Assembly: GCF_000143415.4 (NCBI RefSeq)
Contig: NW_003314275.1
Coordinates: 2,275,419 to 2,339,418 of the forward strand
DNA: 64,000 nt
Source: Selaginella moellendorffii
Lineage: Eukaryota > Plantae > Lycopodiophyta
Direction of reading: 5' to 3'
The translations under genes and the position numbers were made by a program. Below the pieces are notes generated by a model. That model saw only the letters and a list, made by a program, of their open reading frames with translations. It made no database searches and was not told where the DNA came from. Shown one piece after another: positions 36,701-49,488 of the stretch. Numbering within the stretch: the stretch's first letter is position 1; each line of letters opens with the position of its first letter.

Positions 36701-39027
36701 GTTCCAGATATCTTGGGAATCTCTCCGAGTAAAGCGGACAACAACGACGACTTGCCAGACCCAACAGCACCACAAATGGCCACTTTATCACCGCGATGTA
36801 TCTCAAAGTTTGCATTCTTCAGGCTCGGGTGTGAACCATCCCAGCTAAAGAATCCCCCTCGAGCGCGCACAACAACGTCGTTCCCCTTGAGAGACCTCCG
36901 ATCGACAGCGTTTGTATCAACTTCTTCGTCCTGGAGGAACCTCCCGAGCCTTAACAGCGAGACTTTCACCTGGAAGAAGGAAAACGTGAGAGCAATTAAA
37001 AGAAAGAAATTGCAAGTCGTCAACACAAGATCCATGGAAAAGTTGACACATCAGCGGACGAATCCTACTGACAGGAAAACGATGCAATGACAAAGAAACC
37101 AGGAAACGTGGACAAGCATGAACAGCCCACAGTGTATGATCTAAAAATCTAAAGAACGAAGTTGCGACTTTCAAAAAAAATTAAAGGAAAGATGGACGAT
37201 GAGAACTCACCTGGGTGATGATCGCTAGAAGCTCGGGGACGATCCTCACGGGCTCCTGCGTGTTCCCAAACGCCGAGAAGACCGTGAAGATCACCGCGGC
37301 CGTGAGCTTGTTCCCGAGAAAGGCATACCCGGCAAGAGCAACCGCGACCGCCACCGTGTAGCTAAACCAAAACGTGATGAGCGAGACGCTCCTCTTGCCG
37401 TGCATGGATCCCAGCCACTGGAGCTCCTCCTCCCTGTGCTGCTTGATCAGCGTCTTGAATTCCTCCTCCCACGCCTGGAGCTTGATGATCTTCATGCTGG
37501 TGAGGATCTCCGTGGTAGCCCTCAATCGCTTGTCCTGCGCGACCATGAAATTCGTCTGCGCGCGCTGGAGGAGGCGGCTGGTGGGGATCTGGATGCACGC
37601 CGTAACGACGAGCACGGCAACGCACGCCAGGGTCGCCAATCCGATCGTCCCTACGAGAATGCCGATGGCGATCCCTAGCTGGAGGACGAGCGTCCATGTA
37701 TAGTGCATCCACCACGCAAAATCCCCCAGCCGGTACGCATCCACGCCGATGTAGCTCACGATCTCGCCCGCGCCATGGCGCTGCGTGGCCGAATTCGCGA
37801 GCCGGAGCTGCTTCTCGTAGACCTCGGCGATGACGGCCGATCGCAGGCGCGCGCCGACGAGGCGCGATTGGAAGCTCCAGTGCCGCTGCGAGATGGACTG
37901 GAGGAATTTCGCGGCCGTGAGGCCGAGGATGATGGCGAAGCCCTCGACCCGGAAGAACCCTAATTTTTCCCCCTGGGGCTTTGCCACCGAGCGCACGAAG
38001 AAATACGTGAAGAGCGGCGAGGAGGAGAGCGCTAACGTTCTTACGAGCGCCAAGAATCCAGTGTAGAGGAATTCCTTGCCGAAGCATCCGGCCAGCGCCT
38101 TGAAGACGGAGATCCTGGCGCCATGCTTGCGCTGGAGCTCCAGGCGCTGCGCGAAATCGAGGTGATTGGTCTGGGCGCTATACTCCGGTGGAAGAACGGG
38201 GATGTCCTGGAGCTCCAGCGGCCTGGAATGGCCGAGGTCGAGCAGTGGATTCATCCACGAGAAGGAGAGCTGGCTCCAGAATCCCGCAGTCGCTAGCGGC
38301 GTCACATTCTTCTCGGGGATCTCTACTCCGCCATCGCCGTTGAGCAGCGGCGTCACGAGATCGCGCTCCTCGTCGCGCTGTTCTTGCCCGCTCCAGATCT
38401 CGCGGAGCTTCACCGCCGCCGCCGCAAGGAGGACACAGCACACCGGCCACGCCGCGATGGAGAGAATGCCATAGACCGTGAGCGCCGACGAGGACTCCCG
38501 GACGAGCACCACGATCGTCCACGCCGTGATCACCGTGTTCATCACGAACATCGCGATCCACCAGATGCAAGCTGTGAACTTCGCTGCTCGACGAACGCCG
38601 GACGCCATCGCCGAGTAGCCCACGCCGCCCCACGAGATCGTTTGGGCGAGCCAGAAGACCCAGACGATGGAATCGACCGGCCACTCGGTCGCGAGCAGCC
38701 ATAGCAGCACCGCGAGCTGGGCGAGCGCGACCAGGCTCGCTAGAACGCCCACCAAGATCGACCACCGCGACCTCCTCCTGGATCCAGTGTTCTTGCGCGA
38801 TGCGATGTGGACGATCACGAAGGCGAAGAAGAAGGCGAGCTTGAGGATGCAAGTGATCGCGTTCTCGGTGTGCGGTAGAACCGCCCAGGAGGACTGGAAC
38901 CGGGTGGAGCAAATGGATTGGAGCTGGATCCAAGCATCTGGCAAGAACAAAGCGATACGAACGAATCAGCGCCAACAACACATCGATCTATCACTCGCTC
39001 ACCTTGGACCTCTGGTCGGACCTTCAT
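33726..39027 (-). CDS. ABCC/MRP-type ABC transporter
   Basis: TMD0-TMD1-NBD1 ([33 protein letters not shown])-TMD2-NBD2 ([25 protein letters not shown]). Short first exon MKVRPEVQ starts at 39027. Confidence 0.95.
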
Positions 39028-40055
39028 CGCTGATTCAAGTATCACTCCTCCTCTCAAGAAGAGCCAGCGACCATCTAGCGCTCCTCAATCCACCATAGCC
39101 GAGTGAATTCTACCTCAAATCCACCATAGCTAAGCTCTGCCTAGCTAGCTCTCGGAGAATGTGGGGTAGCGCGGGCGATCGATCGCTATGACTGAATTAA
39201 TTGTAACCGGCGGCCTTGCTGGTCACTGCTCCTTCATTCATTCCAAATTCCTCGTCCTCCGGCCAAATTTTTTCCTGCCAGTACCAACAGAAGCAAAGCA
39301 AGGGAGCCGCGAGAGAGAAAGTTATCTTTCTTCCTCGGTGATGTGTCACTCTCCTCCGCCACGTCGGACTTTTCCGCCTATGACGTGGTCTAGCTGGACA
39401 TAATTCTTAAATGCCCCATTTGTTACCTGGCGCGAACTGTCCGGCAAGAACCACGTGGGCGGCGATCTGACGGATACCGGCGTAACAGCTCGGCCCCAAA
39501 TCGACGGCTCACAGGCCTGTGGCTCCCAGACGAGCCACGCACTTGGAGCTTTGACGGGCAGCCAGGGGTAATATAATCACTTGCTGGCTGGCTGTGGAGT
39601 TGACACATTTGTAGTTTGGAAAGAATCGAAATTCTCCAACCCAAACGTCCAAGTACATGATTCTTTGTATTCACAGATCGAAGGCACGCAACGCAGCAAG
39701 CAACTGAGATCTTTCCTCCAGCAAGGAGTGATTGAATTCTTCTCGAAAAGTTTGGGTCTCATCTGATTGTAAGTTTAGGGGGATCTTTGTGAAGGATTCC
39801 CGGACACCGGACAAATGGAGGATGCTTTAGAAAATTTTGGGAAAACGCTGGCATTGAGGAGGCTTAGTCAAGCCCAACATTTGAGTCAATTGGCTCAATG
39901 CAAATTCCTCCCTTGTCTTTTTGTTTCCAGAAGTCCAACCTGATCGCCCACACTCCGATTTTTTAAGAGTGCATAGAATACGAAATGGACTCTTTCATTG
40001 ACACGGAGTACGAAGATTTTAGGGTTCTATGGGGTTTTGATTTTAGGGTTTTCCC

Positions 40056-40527
40056 ATGGAGAAGCGCAGGCGATCGCACGCCATCCACAAGCGGGCATGC
40101 TTCGCGAAGCTGGGCCCTGGGGCGAGGAAGGGGAAGACTACGAGCCCTAATTCTTCCCCGGGACCTGCGAATTTGGACAAGTATTTGAATGAAGAGGGGG
40201 AGTCGTGGGCGGAAAGAGTTTGTGGCGCAGTGGTGGGTTAAAATCTCTCCTTGTTTTTTTTTTTTTTTTGAGGTGATCTTTAGTGAAGCTTTGCTGATAG
40301 ATAGCCATTGGCGTGTTTGAAGATGGTGGCTATGGAGCGTGCTGCCACCCTTGGTGACCTGAAGCTGGCCGGGGTTTTGAGTTGGGAAACTCTCCAGGGC
40401 ATTTGTAAGTAAGGTTTGGGCTTTGTTTGCTTGGCTCTTGCTTAGGTTTGTTTTTCTAGCGATTGCTCTTGAGGAGTTTAGAGAGCAACGGCTTTCTGCT
40501 CGTCTGGCGGAATATCAAAATCATTGA
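40056..40527 (+). CDS. Putative small 3-exon orphan protein (about 113 aa)
   Basis: GT-AG splicing keeps one open frame: MEKRRRSH...ERVCGAV/PLACLKMVAMERAATLGDLKLAGVLSWETLQGI/SIALEEFREQRLSARLAEYQNH*. A telo-box (ttagggttt) lies just upstream. Confidence 0.45.
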
Positions 40528-41438
40528 AGAAAAGAGATGTGTTTTCTCTTTCTCAAGTTCTCAAGGACAAGAGAAGACATTGCAAGCAGGCCCCTTTGGA
40601 ACTGAAAGAATTCAAGACATGTAATCGGTAAATCACTCTTCCCTACGATAAGACTTGGTCTAGTGGCAAGTGTGTAGGGTGCGACCGTAGACAAGCCTAG
40701 TGTAAGTGCTATACTTGCAAGAGTTTATTTCAATGTTTGAGTTGGACACTGCAAGAAAGTGTTCCATTCTTCATGCCGTATTATGTACCCCATAGATACT
40801 AGACTCTTGGATCATTGTAAGCATTGAAACTTTGATAGTCATACAATTGGGAGTTTGTAGTTGCACTCAAAAGCCCATCATAATAGCATTATGATATTCA
40901 AATCCTCATCTAATCAATGGGCATCTGCATATTTATATGGAATCAGGAGAATTGACTATAAATATTATAATGTGTTATAGTAAAATAACAAAATTGTGTT
41001 GATGTTTGATTATATTGTAAACTTTTGTAATTATTTATATAATTTAATTGAGCTGCTTTTAACTTACATAAATTGGAACATCTCCTTTAAGGATGTTTAA
41101 GTTTTAATATTTTTTCTTCTTCTTTTTAGCACTGTATTTTAAAGAAATGAAGGTTAAGAGTTATTATTTTGGAAATTGGTAATTAGTGATTTTGGTAATT
41201 TTGGAAATTAATGTGTTCCTTGTGCAAAATATATAAATTAAAATGTTCATCATTCATAAATCAATTAGAAACACCTAGAGGGATATTAGATAACCAAACG
41301 ACAGTACCATTCCCTTTTGTGAAGGTCGTGGTTGCTAGAAAGCTAGAAAATCACATAACTTAAGATGGCTTGTAACTTACTAGAGGCTTGTTGGGAAGCC
41401 CTCCTGCTTTTAGCCAGGCTTTCCAGAATTTTGTCATG

Positions 41439-42830
41439 TCAATCGGCTGAAAAAAAAAGGAAAACAGATTTAAAGGTAGTTTGTTCTTCACAGCCTACCT
41501 CCTCTAGAAGCTCCTGCACTTGTTCCATCTCCTCCTGCATTTCCCAGCGTTTAGGCCGCATCTTAGAGCAGTCGAAGTCGAGGAACCGGGGCCCTCCATC
41601 GCGAGCGATCATCATGTTGGACCTCTTGAGATCCCCATGAAGAACTCCCCGCGCGTGGATTTGATTCAGCCCCAGCCTCAACGCAGCCACAGTGTGCCTC
41701 GTCACCCGGTCATCTCCAAGCTTCCTTGTGCCCTCATCCGACAGCGCCAAGTAGACCGCGTTGAAGTGAGGCAGCCTGCCCACCCCATAGAAAGTTGCTG
41801 TATAAACGCCATAGAGGTCTTGCATAGCAACATAAGCCTTCTGCTCCTGCTCAAACGCCTCCGCCGCACCCTCCTCCCGGAGATCAAACGTCTTGAACAC
41901 GATCCGGATCCCAGTGCTCTTGAAACACCCCTCCAAGACGTTCCCGAACCTGGCCAAGCCGGCGACGCGGCCCGTGAGCCCGAGCTCCTCTATGCTGGGC
42001 GCCGACATGTCGCCAAGCCTGCATGCGTCAACCACTTGCAGCCGAGCGTGGCCGCCCCGGGGCATGGGGCGGATGCCTAGGAGTGTGGAGCCACGGGTGG
42101 AGGCAAAGGGAACAAGCTTCCGGTCCATACGGAGCTCTGGTTCTCGGCTCAGGCCGTGCAGGAGGAACACGAAAGCTCCTACCGTTGCGCCTTCCCTCCC
42201 AAACACGGGAGAGAACTGGAGGCGCTTGCTGGTAGCATCCGGCCTGCGAAAGAAAACAGTCTGGTGGTAGCTGGAGATGTAGCCCACCCGCGCCTCATCC
42301 AGCACCATGCAGCCAAAGAGACGCTGGACGCGGTACTCAACCTTGCGGTCACCAGTCCCCACTTGGGTCAGCTCCACGTTCCAGGGGTCGACTATGTGCC
42401 CGACCCCATGCACCCCCGACGGTTCGCTCCTGGTGGCTCCTTCACACAAGAAAGAAGAAGAAGCCACGCTTGTGTCAACAACAACCTGGGTGGCAAACGA
42501 GTAGGACCTCCCATCACCATGCCGGTACCGGAACGGGATGCGTAGCTGCTTGGCCATTTCTTCCACCAGCGGGAAGGCGATGAAGTTGAGGGCGTGCATT
42601 ATGCTTTCTTCCGAGGCAACGGGCACGTAGCGCTGCCTAAAAAAGGTCGATAGCCGCTTCTCCGTGTTGTCCAGCCCGTTGATGAAGGCCTCCAAATCCT
42701 CTCTAAACTGTGGCCACGGCTCCAGTTGGACATGTGTGCTGGAGAAGCAGCTGCTATCTTCTTGCACTGGATCAACTCGCACATCGGGTAGGCAAACCCG
42801 TGCTGCTTCCCTGAGACTAAACTTGCCCAT
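41439..42830 (-). CDS. Intronless protein: degenerate restriction-endonuclease-like domain + minimal protein-kinase-like domain
   Basis: 463-aa ORF. Kinase motifs IVFK, EQEQKAY, HGDLKRSN, LDFD. N-terminal half has LEPWPQF, SEESI, GVGHIVDPWNV and VQRLFGCM...VGYISSYHQTVFFRR. Confidence 0.75.
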   Translation of the reverse strand: MGKFSLREAARVCLPDVRVDPVQEDSSCFSSTHVQLEPWPQFREDLEAFINGLDNTEKRLSTFFRQRYVPVASEESIMHALNFIAFPLVEEMAKQLRIPFRYRHGDGRSYSFATQVVVDTSVASSSFLCEGATRSEPSGVHGVGHIVDPWNVELTQVGTGDRKVEYRVQRLFGCMVLDEARVGYISSYHQTVFFRRPDATSKRLQFSPVFGREGATVGAFVFLLHGLSREPELRMDRKLVPFASTRGSTLLGIRPMPRGGHARLQVVDACRLGDMSAPSIEELGLTGRVAGLARFGNVLEGCFKSTGIRIVFKTFDLREEGAAEAFEQEQKAYVAMQDLYGVYTATFYGVGRLPHFNAVYLALSDEGTRKLGDDRVTRHTVAALRLGLNQIHARGVLHGDLKRSNMMIARDGGPRFLDFDCSKMRPKRWEMQEEMEQVQELLEEVGCEEQTTFKSVFLFFSAD

Positions 42831-43133
42831 GACTATATACCCTAGTTCGCCAACTTTACCCTATTCCACTAAAAAAAATTCACCAAACCGTCCAACCATT
42901 CATAGACTCATGTCCGGTGACATCTTTCGAAGAGAAGAAGCGGAAAAAGAGCTGGTTTGTGATGCCAGCCATGAACTTCGCCACACGACCACTTAGAGCT
43001 AGAGGAGAAATAGAACTTTAGGGCACTACCGAGCTTTGTTTCCTTCTCTTTTGCGCTCACTCACAGAGAGCTTGGCACTGCTGCTCTGGAGGCAGACTTT
43101 TCCTCGTTTTTCTAACGGCAGAGGAGAAGAGGC

Positions 43134-44113
43134 TTAGAAGAAGTCTGGGTACTCCCGCTTGGCGTACATGGTCAGATCGCAGCAGTGCAGCCCGAGATAT
43201 CTCAAGCGGGGGCACTTCTCAGCCAGTGCAATCACGCTCACGTCTGAAAAAGCCAAAGCAGAACAAGATAAGAATCGAAACAGAGAAACGCACGCTGAGT
43301 GTTTAAGCCGTGTCAGGCAGTCACCTGAGATAAGATGGCAACATCGACTCCTCACCAGTCGGGACACCAAATAGCTAAGCCAATGCCGATATTCCGTCGT
43401 CAATGATTCTGTCGCACGGAGCCCGACGCAGAGTCCTGTGCGAGAGCCTGGAGGAAAGAACAAGAAGTTGAGAAAAGGAAGCAAAGCAAGATTTTACAGA
43501 GCAAGACTTACCTTCAAAGCGTTGTCCGACCCCGCATTGTCGCATCCGTACAGGTTCAGGAGCCGGGCACCACTAATCCCAATGCAGCCACTCAGGTCGA
43601 GCTTCTGGCACCCGTTTGCCAAAGCCACCAAGGACCTCTGGACCCCCGTTCGACAAGTCCAAGCACAACATATCGTGAGTGTGCATCTTCGCAAGTTACA
43701 GCTCTGCACGCAGTAGAACTTGTAAGCCACGGCTCTTCCCACACCTGTGGATGATCCCAGCCAACAACACGGTAAACAAAACCAGAAGGCGTTGCAGAGT
43801 TGGTAAAAAACAAAGCAAACGCGAGCTTACCAAGAGAATGAAAGCTCCAGGATGCCAAGAGACGAGGCATCTTGCCAGCTGGTGCACACGCCAGAGGCCA
43901 CAAAACCGTGTGGTGGTCGACCAGCGCTAGTATCCGCACCAGGAGCTCTTGCCACTTGGAGTCGGCACTGTGCTTTTGGACCAGCTTCTTCCACTTGTCT
44001 GCGCTGGCGATTCCATCTCCTCGTCCTCGATGTCGCGGAAGAACTGCCACAAGCCTCCAGAGGCGGGACGTTTGCTTCTCGTTCATGGTGGTGTGCTGAG
44101 CGTCCATATCCAT
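43134..44113 (-). pseudogene. F-box/LRR protein (SKP2A/B-like) pseudogene
   Basis: Fragments ELLVRILALVD, VASGVCTSWQDA, ALANGCQKLDLSGC, LNLYGCDNAGSDNALK, SVIALAEKCPRLRYLGL lie in shifting frames with deletions. Confidence 0.75.
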
Positions 44114-44662
44114 ATCACCTGCAAAGAGAAAAACGAAAAAATTAATCGAGAGGATCCATCACAGGAACACGAAGCAATCACACTCTCCACAGATAGAAGA
44201 AAGAAAAAAGAGAACAAGCTAAGTTTCGTCAAGAGCGAGAAGACAACAAGAGTACAAAAAAGGAGAGAGACGAAAAAGGCCACAGGAAGAAGAGGAAGCG
44301 AAGGAAAAAGTCGTGCTCCTTACCACGACATGAGAACTTGGGTATCGATCTCTATCCAAGCTCTGCCTGTTATTACTTACACGGCGGGCTCCTTGAGCTG
44401 GAAAACTCTCACAAGTTCTCAGGCCTGCATCTTCCTGACGGCCTGAGCGAGGTTCGCCCCATCACGCTTCTTCAACGTTCTGGATAAACGCACCAAGCTC
44501 TGGACAGAGTCAAGCAAAGGAAGAAAGACGGCAAAGTGGAAGAATAGTATACATACCACATGTCTTTCGCGTCACTGCTGATGACGGGAGCCACAAAGCA
44601 CCATCTCGGTTCTCGCCACAGAGTGCAAGTGCGCGGAGGCGTGGAATTCAAGAGCTCCTCTC

Positions 44663-44824
44663 TGTAGATGTGTGATTTTGTGTATGTGGAATGCTCTGTC
44701 GACTTCATTGCTTTGGTATGGTTATGTACATAATGGTATGGGTGTGACGTTTGGCAGTTGGTGTCTTGGATGAATGACTTGTCTTCTTTGTTGACATGGA
44801 GACTTGTCATCACTTGTCTCCACA
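44663..44824 (-). repeat. Copia 3' LTR (162 bp)
   Basis: Direct repeat of 49337-49488 with a 10-bp insertion. Confidence 0.95.
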
Positions 44825-47800
44825 CTCCTCCTCAAGGCTTGCACTGTCAGTCAAACGGAGTGATTTGAGGAAGAGTTCATGCTTCACTCGAGGCAAGGAC
44901 TTCGTTAGGATATCAGTGACCATTGAGCTGGTCGGACAGAATTCTAGGTTGATTGTTCCATTGTTGACTTGATCCCGGATGAAATGGAACCTCAACTCAA
45001 TATGCTTGGTGCGTGAGTGAAATCTTGCATCCCAAGTCAACGCTATTGCCGACATATTGTCGCAGTAGAGTTTGACTCCTGGAATTTGAATCCCGAGGTC
45101 CTGCAGCAACGTCTTAAGCCAGATGGCCTCTTTCGCTGCTGCTGCAGCTGCAATGTATTCAGATTCGCATGAAGACATCGCAGTGATCTGCTGCCTCTTG
45201 GAACACCAACTAACCATGTTATGGTTATACATGAAGACATACCCTGAGGTGGATCTTTTGTCATCTAGATCTCCTACCCAGTCTGCGTCTGTGAATCCCA
45301 CCAGGCCGTTGTCTCCATCTCCTCTTGCATATTTCAGTGTGAATTTCCTTGTGCCACTCACATACCTCATGATCCGCTTTACAGCGGCCCAATGTGAGGG
45401 TGATGGATTGTCCAGGAACTTTGAGACTGCTCCCACACTGAATGTGAGGTCAGGCCTAGTTGAGACCATCAAGTAGATGAGGCTCCCGACCACTGAACGG
45501 TACAGTGTTGTGGTCTCCTCCTCGGGAGTGTCATCAGAGGTTGATGTCAAACTAAAAGCCTTGGACAACTTTGAGCCTGCTTCCATAGGAGTAGCCACCG
45601 GATTAGCGTTAAGCATAGAGTACCTCTGGAGAATGTCATGGATGTATTTCTCCTGTGAGAGCTCAAGTACTCCATGTTGCCTATCCTGGCAGACTTGAAT
45701 TCCCGGACAGTAGTGCAAGGTGCCCAGATCGGTCATCTCGAATTTAGCAGCGAGAGAGGCCTTGATGCGGTGGATGAGTCGCATCTGGTTGGAGGCTAAT
45801 ATTGTATCGTCCACATATAAGGCTAAGAATAGAAATACTTGGCCATCTCGATATATGTAGAGATTATTATCAGCCGTGTTGCAAGTAAAGCCCAATGAGG
45901 TCAGAAAGCTATTAATTTTAGTGTACCATGACCTGGGGCTTTGTTTCAGCCTGTAGAGAGCCTTGTGCAAGCGGCAGACGAGATGCTCATGTCCGGGACG
46001 TATAAACCCAGGAGGCTAGGCAACGTACACCTCCTCCTCAAGATCACCGTTCAGGAAAGTAGTTTTCACATCAAGTTGATGGAGCTCCAGGTCGAGCTCA
46101 GCTGCAAGGCTCATCAAAACATGAATTGTTGTCAGCTTGACAATAGGGCTATAAGTTTCAAAGTAGTCAACTCCCTGGATTTGAGAGAAACCATGAGCTA
46201 CAAAGCATGCCTTGTAGCGCTCGATGCTGCCATCAGCTCGATATTTCTTCTTGAATAGCCACTTGGCTGTAACTGCCTTCCTGCCGGGAGGGAGGGGAAC
46301 CAATGTCCAGGTTCCATTCTTGATCAGTGAGTCATACTCGTCTTGCATGGCCGCTTGCCACTGTGAGGCATCATAACTGGAGAGAGCAGCCTGGTAGCCA
46401 CGAGGTTCAGCAATGGAGCTCATGGCCCAATAGAATCCCTTCTTGCGTGGAGCTTGAGCAAGAGATTCTAGAGCTTTGACCGTTGGCTTGCTCACTTGTC
46501 CTGAACGGGTAACAGCTCCAATCTCTTGACGAGGTGGTGGTGTCATGAGAGAATCTGGAGGAAGTGAGCGGGAAGATCCTCCAACTGTTTCTTCACCAAC
46601 AAACAGCTCGTCCACAGTAGCAGCAAGATTCTGCTCACTGAATGAAGTAGTGTTGCTGCTGGTAGCCACCGAAGTGACCAGAGGAACTGGTAGCAGCAGA
46701 GTTGCTGGAGAAGGCTCATCACCAAGTGGAGGAGGTGTTCCTCCTTTTGGAACGAGCAGCCTCTGGACTGCTGGTGCTGGTGGGTGGATGAGCTCATCTT
46801 CCAGCACTGGGGTCAAGTCCACCAAGTTAGAACTTGAAGGAATAGTACCTTGAATGTGGCGATAAAGCTTTTGCTCATTGAAAGAGACATCTCGGCTGAC
46901 CACGAGCTTCTTGAGAGCAAGATTATAAAGGCAGTAGGCCTTGAAATGAGCATGATAGCCCACGAAGATGGTCTTCTGGTTCCTAGGATCCAGCTTCTGC
47001 CGAGTTGCATCTGGAATGCGAGCATACGCTGTGCAGCCGAAGACCCTCAAGTGCCCTAATTGAGGACGCTTCCCAGTCCAAGCTTGGTAAGGAACCACAC
47101 CAGTGCTCCTTGTGGGAAGGCGGTTATGGATGTAAACAGTCGTGTTAATGGCTTCACCCCAAAAAGAGTTGGGTATGCCTGCGTGCTGGAGAAGGCAACG
47201 AACAGTCTCAAGCAGCGTGCGATTGAGGTGCTCTGCCACGCCGTTCTGTTGGGGAGTATGGGCTGTCGTGTACTGGTGAACGATGCCAGCCTCAGCCAGA
47301 AAGTTGAGAAACTCTCTGTTCAGATACTCTCCACCACCATCCGTGCGTAACACATGAATCTTTTGGCCAGTAGACGTCTTTGCCCAGCTCTTAAAAAGCT
47401 TAAAGTGGTTGAACACTTCTCTCTTAGCGTGGAGAAGGCTCACCACAGCATATCTGGAATGGTCATCGATAAAAGATACAAAGTACCTCTTGCAGCTGAG
47501 TGTTTCCACGGGCAGGTAGCACATGTCACTGTGAACTAGATCCAATAAGCCTATAGCTTGGTCCTCGATGGTTCTTGATGGAAAAGGAAGGTGAACTTGC
47601 TTCCCAAGATGGCATGTTTCACACACACCTAGATGGCCAGCTGGGAGCGCGATGCCTTTAGCATGCTGGTTACGAGCCAAGGCATGCAGATCTCGTTCAT
47701 TGACATGCCCCAGACAAGCATGCCAGAGCTCAATGGTGTCTTGTGCTCGGAAAGCAAGCACTTGAGCTGGAAAAACCAGTTCTGCATTTAAATGGTAGAG

Positions 47801-49336
47801 TGTTTCATACCTCACGCCACTAGCTATAGGAGTACTATCACGACCATAGACACCCTTTTGGGAAGAAAGTGGTAGTAAAGCCTTGATCTGAGGCTGCACC
47901 TATAGAACGAACTGTCTGCCTTGCTTCAGGTACAAAGTGCACGTGATGAACCTCCTTAAGAGGTCCATAAGGTAGCTTGATCACCACCATGCCATGACCT
48001 TCCACCTGGAGTGGTCACTTGTCACCAACATAAACCTGTTGTGGAGCTTGAAGAGCCTTGTAAGTGTGAAAGGCAGACCTTAAAGGAGTCATGTGAAAGG
48101 AGGCACCACTGTCCAGCCATAAAACCTCAAGAGCAGACACCAGTGACGGGTAAAGAGCCATCATCAACAACGAGTTGCTCTGGGTAAGCATGTGCTGGGT
48201 GGCAGCCTTCTTTGCACGACACTTACACTCGACATGCCCCATCTTTCCACAATAGTTTCTTGGAGAAGTTAGATCTAGAGCTGGGAGTTGTAGTAAAAGA
48301 GATACGAGGCCCACGGCTAGTGCCTCCTTTCCTTTGCTCCCCACTCAATTGTTTCTTACCAAGAAACAAGGCCTGCTCGTGAGCAACTTGAGGGGATCCT
48401 TGATGGCCAGCTTGACGCTCAGCAATCTTGTGCTCTTCCTCGAGCAGATCAGAGTAGAGCTCCTCCATGGTTTTGCCTAGGACAAAAGAGAGCATGGAGG
48501 ACGATTGTTGCAACTCTGGGGATATAGAGTAGAGCAAGAAGGCTTTTGCATAGTCATCGAAAACTGCAACACCTACTTCCTTCAACTGCTACATTAAGCC
48601 CTTGAGCCTCCTGATGTATGTTGCCATTGTCTCACCAAGCTGCATGCGTAGGGAGAAAAATTTCTGGGTCAGAACCATATTAGCATTAGTGGCTTTGGCT
48701 GCAAAGACTTGGGAAAGGGAGTCTTAATTTGCCTTGGCAGATTTTTCTAGATCAAGGAGATGAATAAATTCATCTCCAAGACCCAATCCAATCACAGAAA
48801 GGGTTTTGTGGTTCTTGGAGTCCCAAGTAGCCTACAAGGCTGCTTTTGTATCTTGAGGTCTCACTTCGGTTCCCTCCACCAAATCCCAACAATCTTTTGC
48901 CATTAAGATTAATTAGACTTTGGTCTTCCAAGTCATGAAGTTCTCGCCCATGAACTTCTGGAGTAGCTTCTCCCATCCTACATCTCAGTTGCCAGCTGGG
49001 ATGGCCATGGTGCTTGCTAAGGTGGTTCTAGATGTAGTGCGAGGTGGAGTACTGGTAGCCATTAGTTTCTAGGAGAAAGGACAAAACAGCGGAGTAAGCT
49101 AGAAGCGAGGAGGGGGAGGAGGCGGTGGGAATCATTGGAAGGGATGCCCACACACCTTGCACACAGAGTGACAATTAGGGCAGAGGCACGGATGGACATC
49201 ACGTTGCGCTCGCTTGCGGTCTTGTATCTGTCGTTCCACCCTAGCAAGGACTGCGAGAGCCCTAGTGTGGTCCTGCTCATCGCATTTCTGTGTTTGCCAG
49301 TGTTTCGCCATTAGGATAAAAAAAAACCTAATACCA

Positions 49337-49488
49337 TGTAGATGTGTGATTTTGTGTATGTGGAATGCTCTGTCGATTTCATTGCTTTGGTATGGTTATG
49401 TACATAATGGTATGGGTGTGACGTTTGGTGGTTGGTGTCTTGGATGAATGACTTGTCTTCTTTGCTGACGTGGAGACTTGTTTCCACA
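49337..49488 (-). repeat. Copia 5' LTR (152 bp)
   Basis: Direct repeat of 44663-44824. Followed on the minus strand by TGGTATTAGG (PBS-like). Confidence 0.95.

Larger units (their letters stand above)
44663..49488 (-). mobile_element. Full-length Ty1/Copia LTR retrotransposon (4826 bp), coding region disrupted
   Basis: LTRs at 44663-44824 and 49337-49488 (TG...CA); TSD CTCTC on both sides; PPT next to the 3' LTR. Domain order gag, protease WLDSGASFHM, integrase, RT (HQLDVKT, YVDD), RNase H (DADW, SEY, DN). Frameshifts and stops present. Confidence 0.97.
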
